A stretch of DNA of 42,749 nucleotides from Minisyncoccia bacterium (GTDB taxonomy: Bacteria; Patescibacteriota; Minisyncoccia; Phycocordibacterales; UBA918): the NCBI GenBank assembly GCA_041752975.1, contig JBGSVK010000048.1, forward strand, positions 1 to 42,749. The letters are read 5' to 3'. The notes below the pieces were generated by a model. That model worked only from the letters and a program-made list of their open reading frames with translations. It did not search any database and had not been told where the DNA came from. The position numbers were made by a program, and so were the translations under genes. Shown here piece after piece: positions 15,716-25,550 of this stretch (positions are counted from its first letter, which is position 1; every line of letters begins with the position of its first letter).

Positions 15716-16456
15716 ATGCACCCAAATGCAGTATCAAATTTTTCTGTAAAAACCGATGTCTTCGAAGGACCGTTGGAATTATTACTTGAATTAGTAGAAA
15801 GGCGAAAACTACTTATTAATGACATCTCACTAGCCAGCGTAACCGATGAATACATGCGTCAGGTAAGCTTGATGCAAGAAATGTCACTACCAAACACTGC
15901 CCAGTTCATAAACCTGGCCGCAACACTGCTTTTAGTAAAATCTAAATCACTTTTGCCAGTTCTCGAATTAACAGACGAAGAAGAAACTAGTATCGATGAT
16001 CTGGAGGAGAGACTGAGAAAGTATCAAATTATTAGAGACTCTGCTCTGATACTTCAGTCTATCTTTGGTAGTAAATCCATGTACGCACCTCAATTTACAC
16101 CACCAACAGTGCCGGTCTTTGTGACTGATGAGTACTGCACGATCGACAGCTTACAAAGTGCTATTAATTCTGTAATAAATGACTTACCGCAAAAAGAAAC
16201 TCAAGCAAAAGCACAGATAAAAGTAACAATATCCCTTGAAGATATGATGAAAAAGCTTCAAGACAGAATCACAAAAAGTCTACATGTTCGCTTTTCGCAG
16301 TTGCATGCTGGCGAAACTGAGAAAAAGGTTGTAATAGTTGGTTTTTTGGCTATTTTAGAGCTATTTAAGCAAGGTAATTTACTTATTACTCAAGTAAACA
16401 GATTCTCAGATATAGAAATTGAACTAGATAAGGGACAAACTCCTACTTATTATTAA
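15716..16456 (+). CDS. scpA: segregation and condensation protein A
   Basis: FEGPLELLLELVERRKLLINDISLASVTDEY is a typical ScpA N-terminus. scpB follows. Confidence 0.9.
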   Translation: MHPNAVSNFSVKTDVFEGPLELLLELVERRKLLINDISLASVTDEYMRQVSLMQEMSLPNTAQFINLAATLLLVKSKSLLPVLELTDEEETSIDDLEERLRKYQIIRDSALILQSIFGSKSMYAPQFTPPTVPVFVTDEYCTIDSLQSAINSVINDLPQKETQAKAQIKVTISLEDMMKKLQDRITKSLHVRFSQLHAGETEKKVVIVGFLAILELFKQGNLLITQVNRFSDIEIELDKGQTPTYY

Positions 16457-16498
16457 GCACAAATAGGGTAATACTCATTAATCTGGCCATATAATATA

Positions 16499-16507
16499 TG
16501 GTAGAAT
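16499..16507 (+). promoter_or_regulatory. extended -10 promoter (TGgTAGAAT) 6 nt upstream of the scpB ATG
   Basis: TG at 16499-500, TAGAAT at 16502-07, ATG at 16514. The intervening GAGGAA lies too close to the ATG to act as an SD. Confidence 0.45.
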
Positions 16508-16513
16508 GAGGAA

Positions 16514-17059
16514 ATGCCTGTAGATGTACTTGTAGAAGGACTACTTTTCTATAAATCCGCTCCTCAAAAGAAGGTGGTGGTTATGAAGCTTTTTGGTATT
16601 AATGAAGCGGAACTCAGTACTGCCATTGCAGTACTAAAAGAACGACTAATGATTGGAGCCACCAGACTGGTGGAGACCACTGACGAAATTCAACTAGTAA
16701 CATCTCCTGAATTAGCTCCAATTATTGAAGCAATGCGCAAGAGTGAATTAAAAGCCGATATCGGAAAAGCTGGGGCCGAAACTCTGGCAATAATTCTTTA
16801 TCAAGAACCAATCTCTAGAGCTGAGATTGATAGAATACGAGGAGTAAATTCTTCTTTTATTCTAAGAAATTTACTAATTCGAGGATTGATAGAAAGAAAC
16901 CATAATAAGAATCGTAATGGATATGATTTTACAATTAGTACCGCTCTACTTACACACTTAGGAGTAACTCACAAACATGAACTTCCTGATTTTTCCAAGA
17001 TAGCCAATGCTCTAGAACAATTCAATGAGAAGGCTGAAGTAATTGATGAATCAATATGA
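16514..17059 (+). CDS. scpB: segregation and condensation protein B
   Basis: The GLLFYKS start, winged-helix repeats and pairing with scpA support the call. Confidence 0.88.
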   Translation: MPVDVLVEGLLFYKSAPQKKVVVMKLFGINEAELSTAIAVLKERLMIGATRLVETTDEIQLVTSPELAPIIEAMRKSELKADIGKAGAETLAIILYQEPISRAEIDRIRGVNSSFILRNLLIRGLIERNHNKNRNGYDFTISTALLTHLGVTHKHELPDFSKIANALEQFNEKAEVIDESI

Positions 17060-18099
17060 TAGAAGAAGAACCTTTTATAATTGAAACTAAAGACCAATCT
17101 GTCCAACAGACGGCAGATGCTGATGAAACCAAATCCGTTAACTCATTTCCGGTCAGAACCCAACTTCTGCTCATTGGTTTTTTTATGTTATTTTTATTTG
17201 CAGGTTTTATAGTACCAAAGACCTTGTCAATGATTGACGCTAATAAAAACCAAGCAGAAGTACAAGCAAGTACAATTCCCGAAAAAAAAGAGGCTTCTGT
17301 CCCTAAAATTATTGAATCAATTAATATTACAGCTGATTCGGCCTACGTGTGGGATATTGTAGGGCAAAGAGCCATATACCAAAAAAATCCAGATGAAGTT
17401 CTACCTCTAGCTTCAATTACAAAATTAATGACCGCCCTAGTTGCATACGAACTTGTACCAGATGATACTCTAGTTACAATTTCAGAGACGGCTGCTTCAC
17501 AGCAGAGTGGAGGTAGCTTAGAGCCTGGAGAAAAGTACAAAGTAAAAGAATTGGCTGATTTTGCTTTAATTTCATCATATAATAGCGCGGCTTATACATT
17601 GGCTTCATCAGTCGGTGAACTACTAGGCGAGGGTGATCCAATGGCACAATTCATTGCAGCCATGAACATTAAGGCGGATGAATTGAACTTGCAAAGTTTG
17701 GATTATCAAAGCCCAACCGGCTTAGATATTTCGGCCACAAAAGCTGGTGCTTATGGAAGTGCCAGAGATACATCATTTTTGATGGAATATATTCTTTTAA
17801 ATTATCCGGAAATACTTTCTCCAACTCTTGTTGAATATAAACGTCTCTATAACCAGAATGGCGACTACCACGAAGCTCATAATACAAATAATATTTTAAG
17901 TGATATTCCTAACTTACTAGGCTCTAAAACTGGCTTTACAGATTTGGCTGGAGGCAATCTGACAATTGCTTTTGATGCTGGTTACAATCGTCCAATTGTT
18001 ATCACTGTTCTCGGCTCTACTAGAAATGAAAGATTTAGTGATGTAAAGAAAATTGTCTCTGAAGTACAGAAGACAATGTCTAATACAGTCAACCAGTAA
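17056..18099 (+). CDS. D-alanyl-D-alanine carboxypeptidase (S11, PBP5-like)
   Basis: N-terminal TM segment. SxxK (ASITK), SxN (SYNS) and KTG (KTGFT) motifs are present. ATGA overlap with scpB. Confidence 0.85.
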   Translation: MIEEEPFIIETKDQSVQQTADADETKSVNSFPVRTQLLLIGFFMLFLFAGFIVPKTLSMIDANKNQAEVQASTIPEKKEASVPKIIESINITADSAYVWDIVGQRAIYQKNPDEVLPLASITKLMTALVAYELVPDDTLVTISETAASQQSGGSLEPGEKYKVKELADFALISSYNSAAYTLASSVGELLGEGDPMAQFIAAMNIKADELNLQSLDYQSPTGLDISATKAGAYGSARDTSFLMEYILLNYPEILSPTLVEYKRLYNQNGDYHEAHNTNNILSDIPNLLGSKTGFTDLAGGNLTIAFDAGYNRPIVITVLGSTRNERFSDVKKIVSEVQKTMSNTVNQ

Positions 18100-18101
18100 T
18101 T

Positions 18102-19160
18102 ATGGAAACACTAATAATAAAACTACTATTACCATCGGTAATTGCCTTCTGCGCAGGAATCTTAATTACACCCTTCTTAACACATTATTTATACAAATAT
18201 AAAGTCTGGAAAAAACAAGGAGGGAAGACTGCAATTGGTGGTTTAGCAGCGCACGAATTCAACAGATTAAAAGCTGGCGACGAGACCAAGACTCCTCGAA
18301 TGGGCGGAATTGTAATCTGGGGCAGTGTAGTAATTACAATTGGAGTGCTTTTTATACTCGATAAAACAACTCAAAATCAATTTATTGCAGATCTTTTTTT
18401 CCTTAGTCGATCTCAGACCTGGATACCATTTGCATCATTATTAATCGGTGCTTTAATCGGCTTTCTTAATGACTTTTACGATATAGAGCATGAAGGGAAG
18501 GGGGTTAGGTTATCAGTACGCCTACTTCTAGTCAGTCTATTGGCTGGATTTATCGGTTGGTGGTTTTACGAAAAGCTTGGAGTAACAAGTATTGGTATCC
18601 CACTAGGTGAGCCTTTGTACCTTGGAATATTTATAATTCCTTTCTTTATTCTTTTAACAAACTTCTTGTACGCTAGCGGGGTAATTGATGGAATTGATGG
18701 CTTATCAGGTGGCGTATTCGCTACTATTTTTACTGCTTATGGTGGAATTGCCTTCATGCAAGCACAATACGACTTGGCAGCATTTTGTCTTATGCTTACT
18801 GGAGCTATCTTGGCTTTTCTTTGGTTTAATATTCCACCAGCTCGCTTTTGGATGACTGAGACAGGCTCAATGTCACTGACTTTAACTTTAGCAGTAGTAG
18901 TTTTAATGACCGATAATATTGTATCGGGCTATGGCATTGCCATGCTACCAATTATTGGATTCCTACTTGTATTAACAGTGCTTTCAAACATAATACAAAT
19001 ATCATACAGAAAACTAACTGGTAAAAAGTTTTTTAGAATTGCTCCTCTACATCACCACTTTGAAGCAATTGGCTGGCCATCTCACAAAGTTACCATGCGC
19101 TACTGGGTAATTAGTATGGTATGTGCAGTGCTGGGACTAGTTATTACGGCACTCATATGA
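18102..19160 (+). CDS. mraY: phospho-N-acetylmuramoyl-pentapeptide transferase
   Basis: Polytopic protein with MraY motifs (NDFYD-like loop, DGIDGL, PLHHHFE). Confidence 0.95.
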   Translation: METLIIKLLLPSVIAFCAGILITPFLTHYLYKYKVWKKQGGKTAIGGLAAHEFNRLKAGDETKTPRMGGIVIWGSVVITIGVLFILDKTTQNQFIADLFFLSRSQTWIPFASLLIGALIGFLNDFYDIEHEGKGVRLSVRLLLVSLLAGFIGWWFYEKLGVTSIGIPLGEPLYLGIFIIPFFILLTNFLYASGVIDGIDGLSGGVFATIFTAYGGIAFMQAQYDLAAFCLMLTGAILAFLWFNIPPARFWMTETGSMSLTLTLAVVVLMTDNIVSGYGIAMLPIIGFLLVLTVLSNIIQISYRKLTGKKFFRIAPLHHHFEAIGWPSHKVTMRYWVISMVCAVLGLVITALI

Positions 19161-20275
19161 ACAACAAGGCCCCTAAATCCTTTGATTCAATTTTACTAAT
19201 ATTAGTATTAATTTTAGTTATTGGTGGTTTTTTCATTTTCTCTTCTGCATCACTAGGTCTCCTAGCGAGAAGCGGGGCAAGCTTTGGTTCAGTAGCTTTT
19301 AGCCAATTCTTCTTTGGAATAATCGGTGGAGGAATTGCTATGCTTATAACCAGCAATATTTATTATAGGAACTGGAGAGAATATGCTTTTTATATTTTTC
19401 TTTTTACAGCACTATTTACACTAGCAGTTTTTATCCCTGGTATAGGTATGACTCACGGAGGAGCCACAAGATGGATAGATATCGGTTTTACAACCATTCA
19501 GCCTTCAGAGCTATTTAAAATTGGTTTCGTAATCTATATAGCAACCCTTTTATCTGGAACACATCGACAAATTGAAACTTGGCGCTATGGGGTAATACCA
19601 TTTATTGGAGTACTTGCCGTCACAGCCCTAATTACTCTTTCTCTACCTGACACTGACACTTTTTTAATCATGGTTATGGCCGGAGTGGCAATGTTTATAA
19701 CGGCCGGAGCAAACTGGAAGCACATAGCTTTACTTGGATTATCTGGAGTGATTCTAATCGCCACAGTTGCTTTTATGCGCCCTTATGTGATGGACAGAAT
19801 AACAACCTTTTTGGATCCAAGTAGCGACCCATTAGGTAGTGGTTATCAAATTCAACAGTCTCTTATTGCTGTTGGTTCTGGTGGCTGGTTTGGTAGGGGA
19901 TACGGCCAAAGTATCCAAAAATTTGAATATCTTCCTGAACCAATTGGAGACTCAATCTTCGCCGTTTATGCAGAAGAATTTGGATTTATTGGATCGGTTA
20001 TTTTAATACTAATACTTGCTTTTTTCACGTTTCGTGGTTTTAAAATTGCCACACAATCAAGTGACTTATTTGGGATGTTACTGGTAGTTGGTTTTATGAC
20101 TCTAATTGTTAGCCAAGCCTTCTTAAACATTGCTGCCATGGTAGGAATAGCTCCTCTCTCAGGTCTCCCTCTACCATTCATTAGTCATGGCGGTACCGCC
20201 TTACTCACTACTCTAGCTGCCTTGGGAATAGTTCTCAATGTGTCGAAATATCAAAACCACTCAGCCCGCACATGA
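19157..20275 (+). CDS. ftsW: SEDS-family peptidoglycan polymerase FtsW/RodA
   Basis: FtsW/RodA motifs IQPSE, GGWFGRGYGQS and PFISHGGT. ATG at 19157 forms an ATGA overlap with the mraY stop. The track start at 19121 would overlap mraY by 40 nt. Confidence 0.9.
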   Translation: MNNKAPKSFDSILLILVLILVIGGFFIFSSASLGLLARSGASFGSVAFSQFFFGIIGGGIAMLITSNIYYRNWREYAFYIFLFTALFTLAVFIPGIGMTHGGATRWIDIGFTTIQPSELFKIGFVIYIATLLSGTHRQIETWRYGVIPFIGVLAVTALITLSLPDTDTFLIMVMAGVAMFITAGANWKHIALLGLSGVILIATVAFMRPYVMDRITTFLDPSSDPLGSGYQIQQSLIAVGSGGWFGRGYGQSIQKFEYLPEPIGDSIFAVYAEEFGFIGSVILILILAFFTFRGFKIATQSSDLFGMLLVVGFMTLIVSQAFLNIAAMVGIAPLSGLPLPFISHGGTALLTTLAALGIVLNVSKYQNHSART

Positions 20276-20290
20276 TACACTGTAACTAAT

Positions 20291-21403
20291 ATGCGTATTT
20301 TATTTGTCGGAGGAGGAACAGGAGGTCATTTCTACCCACTTATTGCAGTGGCTGAAATACTCCATACTCACCCTAGTAATCCACGACTCTATTACATGGG
20401 GCCCAATCCCTATAATCAAGAATTGCTTACTAAACATAATATAGAACATGTATATTGTCCGGCTGGCAAACTTAGACTTTATTTTTCGATTCAGAATTTC
20501 TTTGATGTTTTTAGAAATTTTTTTGGTTTGTTTATTGCTGTATTTAAACTCTACATCATCTACCCAGATGTAATTTTTAGTAAAGGTGGCTACACAAGCG
20601 TACCGGTATTAATTGCTGCTAAATTCTTGCGAATTCCAGTTGTAATACATGAGTCTGACGCAGTACCTGGTAGAGCAAATCAATTAGCAAAGAAATTTGC
20701 TCGCTATATTGCTATATCTTACCCTCAGGCAGCTGAGTTTTTTGACGCTACTAAAACCGCATTAATTGGAATACCTATGCGCCAAGATATTAAGAAAGTT
20801 CCCGAAAATCCTTTTGCTATTATTGGCATACCAAGCAATCTTCCTTTGATTTATGTAACAGGAGGCTCACTAGGAGCTGAGCGTATTAATGATATTATTA
20901 TTCGTTGTTTAGACGAACTCTTACCTCACTATCAAATCTTTCATCAGGTCGGTCCAAACCGAAAAGAGGGGATTGTACTTACAGCTAAAACACTAATTAC
21001 TGATCCAGAACTTCAAAACCGATATTTCGTAGCCGAGACAGTTGACTCAAGTATGGTTAGTGCACTCCTTACAGCAGCTTCACTGGTAATAACCAGAGCT
21101 GGAAGTACAACGTTATTTGAAATCGCCGCTCACGGTAAACCAAGTATTGTTATTCCTATTCCACAAGATATCAGTCGTGACCAGCTCAGTAACGCCTATG
21201 CATTTGCTCGCTCAGGAGCCGCTAGCGTGCTTGAAGAGCACAATTTAACTGAGAACTTGCTAACTACAGAAATTAAATCTATTATTGGAAACCCAGCTTT
21301 ATGGCAACAAATGAGTGCTTCTGCTAGGGACTTCGCAAAAACTGATGCCGCTGAAAAAATTGCTGAAATTTTACTACAAATTGGGGATGAACACGGATCT
21401 TAA
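20291..21403 (+). CDS. murG: UDP-N-acetylglucosamine--LPS... lipid I N-acetylglucosaminyltransferase MurG
   Basis: GGGTGGHFYP N-terminus, a GT28 C-terminal domain, and position after ftsW. Confidence 0.93.
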   Translation: MRILFVGGGTGGHFYPLIAVAEILHTHPSNPRLYYMGPNPYNQELLTKHNIEHVYCPAGKLRLYFSIQNFFDVFRNFFGLFIAVFKLYIIYPDVIFSKGGYTSVPVLIAAKFLRIPVVIHESDAVPGRANQLAKKFARYIAISYPQAAEFFDATKTALIGIPMRQDIKKVPENPFAIIGIPSNLPLIYVTGGSLGAERINDIIIRCLDELLPHYQIFHQVGPNRKEGIVLTAKTLITDPELQNRYFVAETVDSSMVSALLTAASLVITRAGSTTLFEIAAHGKPSIVIPIPQDISRDQLSNAYAFARSGAASVLEEHNLTENLLTTEIKSIIGNPALWQQMSASARDFAKTDAAEKIAEILLQIGDEHGS

Positions 21404-21408
21404 ATAAT

Positions 21409-22749
21409 ATGACTATTACACGAATACCACCAAGTCCGACAGGACACCTACATATCGGTACCGCCCGTACCGCGCTTTTTAACTACCTATTTGCCAAGAA
21501 AAACGGTGGTAAGATGGTCTTTCGTAGTGAAGATACAGACAAGACTAGAAGCACAAGGGAATTTGAACAGGAAATTATTGATGGTTTAAAGTGGCTAGGA
21601 TTAAATTGGGACAACGATGAGATTGTCAGGCAGTCTGAAAGAGCTAGTGTCTATCGTGAGTATCTAGAAAAAATTATTGCCAGTGGTCACGCCTATATCT
21701 CAAAAGAAGAGAGTAAAAATACTCCAGGAGTAATGGTGGAAGTGGTACGTTTAAGAAATCCCAACAAGAAAATTACCTTTACTGATCTAATCAGAGGTGA
21801 TATCACTTTTGACACAACTGAATTGGGAGACTTAGTGATTGCTAGAAATCTAGACGATGCACTCTATCACTTTACTGTAGTTGTCGATGACCACTTAATG
21901 GGTGTTACTCATGTAATTCGTGGCGAAGATCACATATCTAATACCCCAAGACAAATACTTATTCAAGAAGCAATTGGCTTCGATAGACCTGTGTATGCAC
22001 ACTTACCGCTAATTCTCGCACCCGATCGTTCCAAGATGTCTAAACGACACGGCGCCGTTGCACTTGAAAACTATAAAGAAATGGGCTACACCAAAGAGGC
22101 CATTTTGAACTATTTAGCATTATTAGGTTGGAACCCTGGTAACGACCAAGAACTATTTACTTTCGATGAATTAGTTGAGAAATTTGATATAGCAAACGTT
22201 CAAAAAAGCGGGGCTATATTTGATATCAAGAAATTTAACTGGCTCAATAAAGAGCATCTTAAAAAGTATTCGGACTCTGAATTTCTAACCTATCTAAGTC
22301 TTGATACTGTCACTGACTTACCAGAACTTATCCAACCTGAATCAGAAGCTTTCAAAAAATTAATCCCCACAATTCGTGAACGTGTACATACGAGACAAGA
22401 ATTTGTAGAGGAAATTAAGAAAGGAGAATACGACTTTGTATTTAAATCGCCAAGTTACGAAGCTGGCCTCCTAAAATGGAAGAATGACGAGGATATCAAG
22501 GCTGCGCAACCAAGACTACAAAAAGCTTTGCAATTACTTAAGGAGGCAGATTTTTCATCAGCTGAAAGTATCAAGTCGGCTCTATGGCCATATGCAGAAG
22601 AAGTAGGGAAGGGTGAAATCTTATGGCCACTACGTGTAGCTCTATCTGGAAAGGAACAATCGCCTGACCCCTTTACAATAGCTTTTATTATTGGACCTGA
22701 AGAAACCCTTAAGAGAATTGCTCAGGCTTGTGATAAAATAGGGGAGTAA
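21409..22749 (+). CDS. gltX: glutamate--tRNA ligase
   Basis: PSPTGHLHIGTARTALFNY (HIGH) and KMSKR (KMSKS-type) motifs. 446 aa. Confidence 0.95.
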   Translation: MTITRIPPSPTGHLHIGTARTALFNYLFAKKNGGKMVFRSEDTDKTRSTREFEQEIIDGLKWLGLNWDNDEIVRQSERASVYREYLEKIIASGHAYISKEESKNTPGVMVEVVRLRNPNKKITFTDLIRGDITFDTTELGDLVIARNLDDALYHFTVVVDDHLMGVTHVIRGEDHISNTPRQILIQEAIGFDRPVYAHLPLILAPDRSKMSKRHGAVALENYKEMGYTKEAILNYLALLGWNPGNDQELFTFDELVEKFDIANVQKSGAIFDIKKFNWLNKEHLKKYSDSEFLTYLSLDTVTDLPELIQPESEAFKKLIPTIRERVHTRQEFVEEIKKGEYDFVFKSPSYEAGLLKWKNDEDIKAAQPRLQKALQLLKEADFSSAESIKSALWPYAEEVGKGEILWPLRVALSGKEQSPDPFTIAFIIGPEETLKRIAQACDKIGE

Positions 22750-24059
22750 TGTCAAAAAAGCATTGTATTGCATTTTTGTTCGGCATAATTATCATGCCTT
22801 TTTTTGCGTATATTGCTCCTCTTGCTTCTGCACAAATATCTGAAATAGATAAACTACAACAAGATATTAAAGACAGGGGTAATCGTCTAGAAGAAATCGA
22901 AAAAGAAATTGCTAAATTCGAACAAGACTTAAAGGTAGTAGGAAGTGAAAAACAATCACTGCAAAAAGCCATCAATCAACTTGTACTTGAACGCAAAAAA
23001 GTTCAAGCTGAAATTTCTCGTACCGAAAACCTAATTAGTTCTACCGACCTTGAAATTAATAAACTAATACTGGAGATATCCAAAACTCAACAAAGTATTG
23101 AGCAAAATGAAAAAGCAATTGGAGAAATTATTCGTGCTGAGTATAAAGCTGGTGAGGTTTCATTGATTGAAATGTTACTACAACACAATCAATTATCTGA
23201 ATTTTGGGGCTCTTTTGAGGCTCATGAATCGGTAAGAAACAGTATGGCTTTTAAAGTTGCTGAATTAGACTCATTGCAAAGACTACTCGATGAAAAGAAA
23301 GAAGATAATACAGAAAAGAGAAATGACCTTGTTTCATTACAAACACAGTACAAAGATCAGAACTCTGTTCTAACCAATAACCAAACTGAGCAATCAAACC
23401 TACTTGAAGTTACTAAGAACGAGGAAAAAAACTACCAAAAGCTACTTGCTCAAAAGCAAGAGGCTCGTGACCAGATAATTAAAGACTTACGCGACTTTGA
23501 AGCAAAATTACAATTTTATCTAGACCCAAATTCAATTCCTACACCAGGAACAGCAGTATTCGATTGGCCGCTTAAAAATGTAATTGTTACCCAGTACTTT
23601 GGCGGATCTGAATTTGCAAAACGTAATCCAGGTATTTACGGAGGAAGAGCTTACCATCCAGGTATAGACCTAGGAACCCCGAGAGGGACGACCATCTACG
23701 CGCCACTGAGTGGAACTGTAAGAGCGACCGGAAATACTGACATAGTGCCAGGTTGCTATTCTTGGGGTAAGTGGACACTCATCGACCACAGCAACGGCTT
23801 ATCAACTCTATACGCCCACCAAGACGTCATAAGTGTTACACCAGGCCAGAAAGTAACCACAGGTGACGTAATAGGCTATACAGGCAATACAGGCTATTCA
23901 ACCGGTCCACACTTACACTTTACTGTTTATGCCAAAGACGGCGTTACAGTACGCAAATTTAACGAAATAAAGACCGTTACCAGCTGCGGACCAGCCTCTA
24001 CACCAGTAGCAGCTTCTGATGCTTACCTAGACCCATCTCTATACCTACCACCACTATAA
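22749..24059 (+). CDS. M23 peptidase with N-terminal coiled coil (EnvC-like murein hydrolase/activator)
   Basis: Signal/TM segment, a long heptad-rich region, and a C-terminal M23 domain (HPGIDL, HLHF). 1-nt overlap with the gltX stop (TAATG). Confidence 0.88.
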   Translation: MSKKHCIAFLFGIIIMPFFAYIAPLASAQISEIDKLQQDIKDRGNRLEEIEKEIAKFEQDLKVVGSEKQSLQKAINQLVLERKKVQAEISRTENLISSTDLEINKLILEISKTQQSIEQNEKAIGEIIRAEYKAGEVSLIEMLLQHNQLSEFWGSFEAHESVRNSMAFKVAELDSLQRLLDEKKEDNTEKRNDLVSLQTQYKDQNSVLTNNQTEQSNLLEVTKNEEKNYQKLLAQKQEARDQIIKDLRDFEAKLQFYLDPNSIPTPGTAVFDWPLKNVIVTQYFGGSEFAKRNPGIYGGRAYHPGIDLGTPRGTTIYAPLSGTVRATGNTDIVPGCYSWGKWTLIDHSNGLSTLYAHQDVISVTPGQKVTTGDVIGYTGNTGYSTGPHLHFTVYAKDGVTVRKFNEIKTVTSCGPASTPVAASDAYLDPSLYLPPL

Positions 24060-24077
24060 ATTTCTCCCAAGAAATTT
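24058..24077 (+). terminator. weak hairpin after the M23 peptidase gene
   Basis: AAATTTCT / AGAAATTT 8-bp AT-rich stem with a 4-nt loop and no clear U-tract. Confidence 0.3.
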
Positions 24078-24107
24078 ATAGAAAGTATTTCTTATATAAT
24101 AATTTTA

Positions 24108-24121
24108 ATGTCGCACAATAT
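24108..24121. repeat. left copy of the 14-bp perfect inverted repeat ATGTCGCACAATAT
   Basis: Its exact reverse complement is at 24731-24744, so the two copies bracket 637 bp of ORF-free DNA. Confidence 0.9.
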
Positions 24122-24711
24122 TCTAGTATAGGGAAGTCTGACAGTGGGTGATAGAAGTGGTACTCAGATTAGGTACTTACTAAGGCCCATCATGTGACGA
24201 GCTTCACTTAGCAAAATTCGATATAAATTTATCTAGAATTTTATACAAATAACTTACTAGTAAGAAACTTGTAAAAAAAATATTAAAAGATTTTTGAAAT
24301 AAATTATTCAAATACTTTTGATTTAAATTTAAAATATTACATCTTAAGAATAGTTGCTAGCAGTATACTCAAGAGAGACAAAATTATTGACCTCAATCAG
24401 CAAAGTTAGCCCTGGGGTAGTACGCTCTAAAATGCCCTAGGAGGCGTTTATATTTTAGAGACGATACATAACTCGACTCAAATGTAGCCTAGAAGGTTTT
24501 GTGAGCAAAAATAGACGATATAAACCTCACATAAATTTAAATCAAGAGCCAAATAAATAAATGTGTAAAAATAATTAAAGTTAGGCGTAGAGCGTAGAAG
24601 ACTAATATAAACTCATATGAGTACAAGAAAGTATTTAAAATAGCTCTATGGGGCTTATAGAGGCCAGAATAGCTATCTATAATAAGAGCTATGTAGAATA
24701 AAGGTTATATA

Positions 24712-24748
24712 GAGTATTGTCGCAAAAGATATATTGTGCGACATACTC
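24712..24748 (-). terminator. hairpin downstream of murI (possible terminator)
   Basis: GAGTATTGTCGCA / TGCGACATACTC form a 12-13 bp stem with one bulge. It lies 14 nt after the murI stop. The U-tract is weak. It contains the right copy of the 14-bp inverted repeat. Confidence 0.35.
24731..24744. repeat. right copy of the 14-bp perfect inverted repeat (ATATTGTGCGACAT)
   Basis: Exact reverse complement of 24108-24121. Confidence 0.9.
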
Positions 24749-24761
24749 TAATCTTTGTTTA

Positions 24762-25544
24762 TTAGTCCCCTATAAAGGAACCGCCGAGTAGTTCTTGTAT
24801 GACACTATCGTAGCGAGTGCTATTATCGGTTAGAAATATATTTCTCTTCCCCTCTCTCGATAACCTGCTTTCTAGTTCAGGATGATTTTCTAAATAGGTA
24901 CGTAGTTTAGTGGGAATGATTTTATCTTGAGAATATATTTTTAAATTTTTATTATCCAAACCTGTCAAAAGTTTTGGTTCTAACACACTGTAATGTGTAC
25001 ACCCCAAAATCACCCCCTCCACTTCCCCCACTCCTGATATGACATTTTTTGCCTCCTTTAGGGCTGTCTCAACATCGCCCATTTCTATTAACGGAACTAG
25101 CGCTGGTGTAGCTATCGACGTCAGTTTGGGTGAGTCAGTAAATTTAGCAAGCTCCCTATCATACTTACCTGACTCAACAGTTCTTTTGGTTGCAATCATT
25201 AAGACATTTTTAACACCACTTTTTATCACCTCTTCAACAGTCGGTACTATCACGCCAAGTATTCTTCTATCTGGATAGCTACTTGGCAAAAAATTGTCTT
25301 GTAGTTTTCGGAGTGTTTCAGCCGATGCGGTATTACAAGCAATAACCACAATCAAGCAATCTTTTTCAAATAGATGCATTACTCCCTTTTTGGTGAGCTC
25401 AAAAATTTCTTCTTCGTTTTTATTACCATAAGGCAAGTTGGCAGTATCGCCATAAAATTCATAGTCATACTCTGGAAGCTCTTTCGCTACCGCTTTGAGT
25501 ATCACTAGTCCGCCAAGTCCTGAATCAAAAAACCCTATCTTCAT
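24762..25544 (-). CDS. murI: glutamate racemase
   Basis: FDSGLGGL, the two catalytic Cys motifs ACNTAS and GCTHY. 260 aa. Confidence 0.93.
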   Translation of the reverse strand: MKIGFFDSGLGGLVILKAVAKELPEYDYEFYGDTANLPYGNKNEEEIFELTKKGVMHLFEKDCLIVVIACNTASAETLRKLQDNFLPSSYPDRRILGVIVPTVEEVIKSGVKNVLMIATKRTVESGKYDRELAKFTDSPKLTSIATPALVPLIEMGDVETALKEAKNVISGVGEVEGVILGCTHYSVLEPKLLTGLDNKNLKIYSQDKIIPTKLRTYLENHPELESRLSREGKRNIFLTDNSTRYDSVIQELLGGSFIGD

Positions 25545-25550
25545 AAAACA

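Noticed and set aside
24060-24761. dif/XerCD site in the convergent gap
   Set aside because: I compared candidate TTATGT/ACATAA-containing segments (around 24467 and 24529) and the ATTTAAAATAT segment (around 24327) to the E. coli and B. subtilis dif sequences. At best one 11-bp arm matched at about 9/11, with a poor central region and a poor second arm. The 14-bp inverted-repeat copies are 609 bp apart, not 6 bp. This needs a proper profile search.
24060-24761. tmRNA, RNase P RNA, SRP RNA, tRNA or CRISPR array in the large gap
   Set aside because: No GGTTCGA-type T-loop or CCA-end context was found, and no RNase P GAGGAAAGUCC-type or SRP GGAAGCAGC-type conserved blocks. There are no regularly spaced direct repeats. 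The only repeats are a 7-bp tandem and short dyads.
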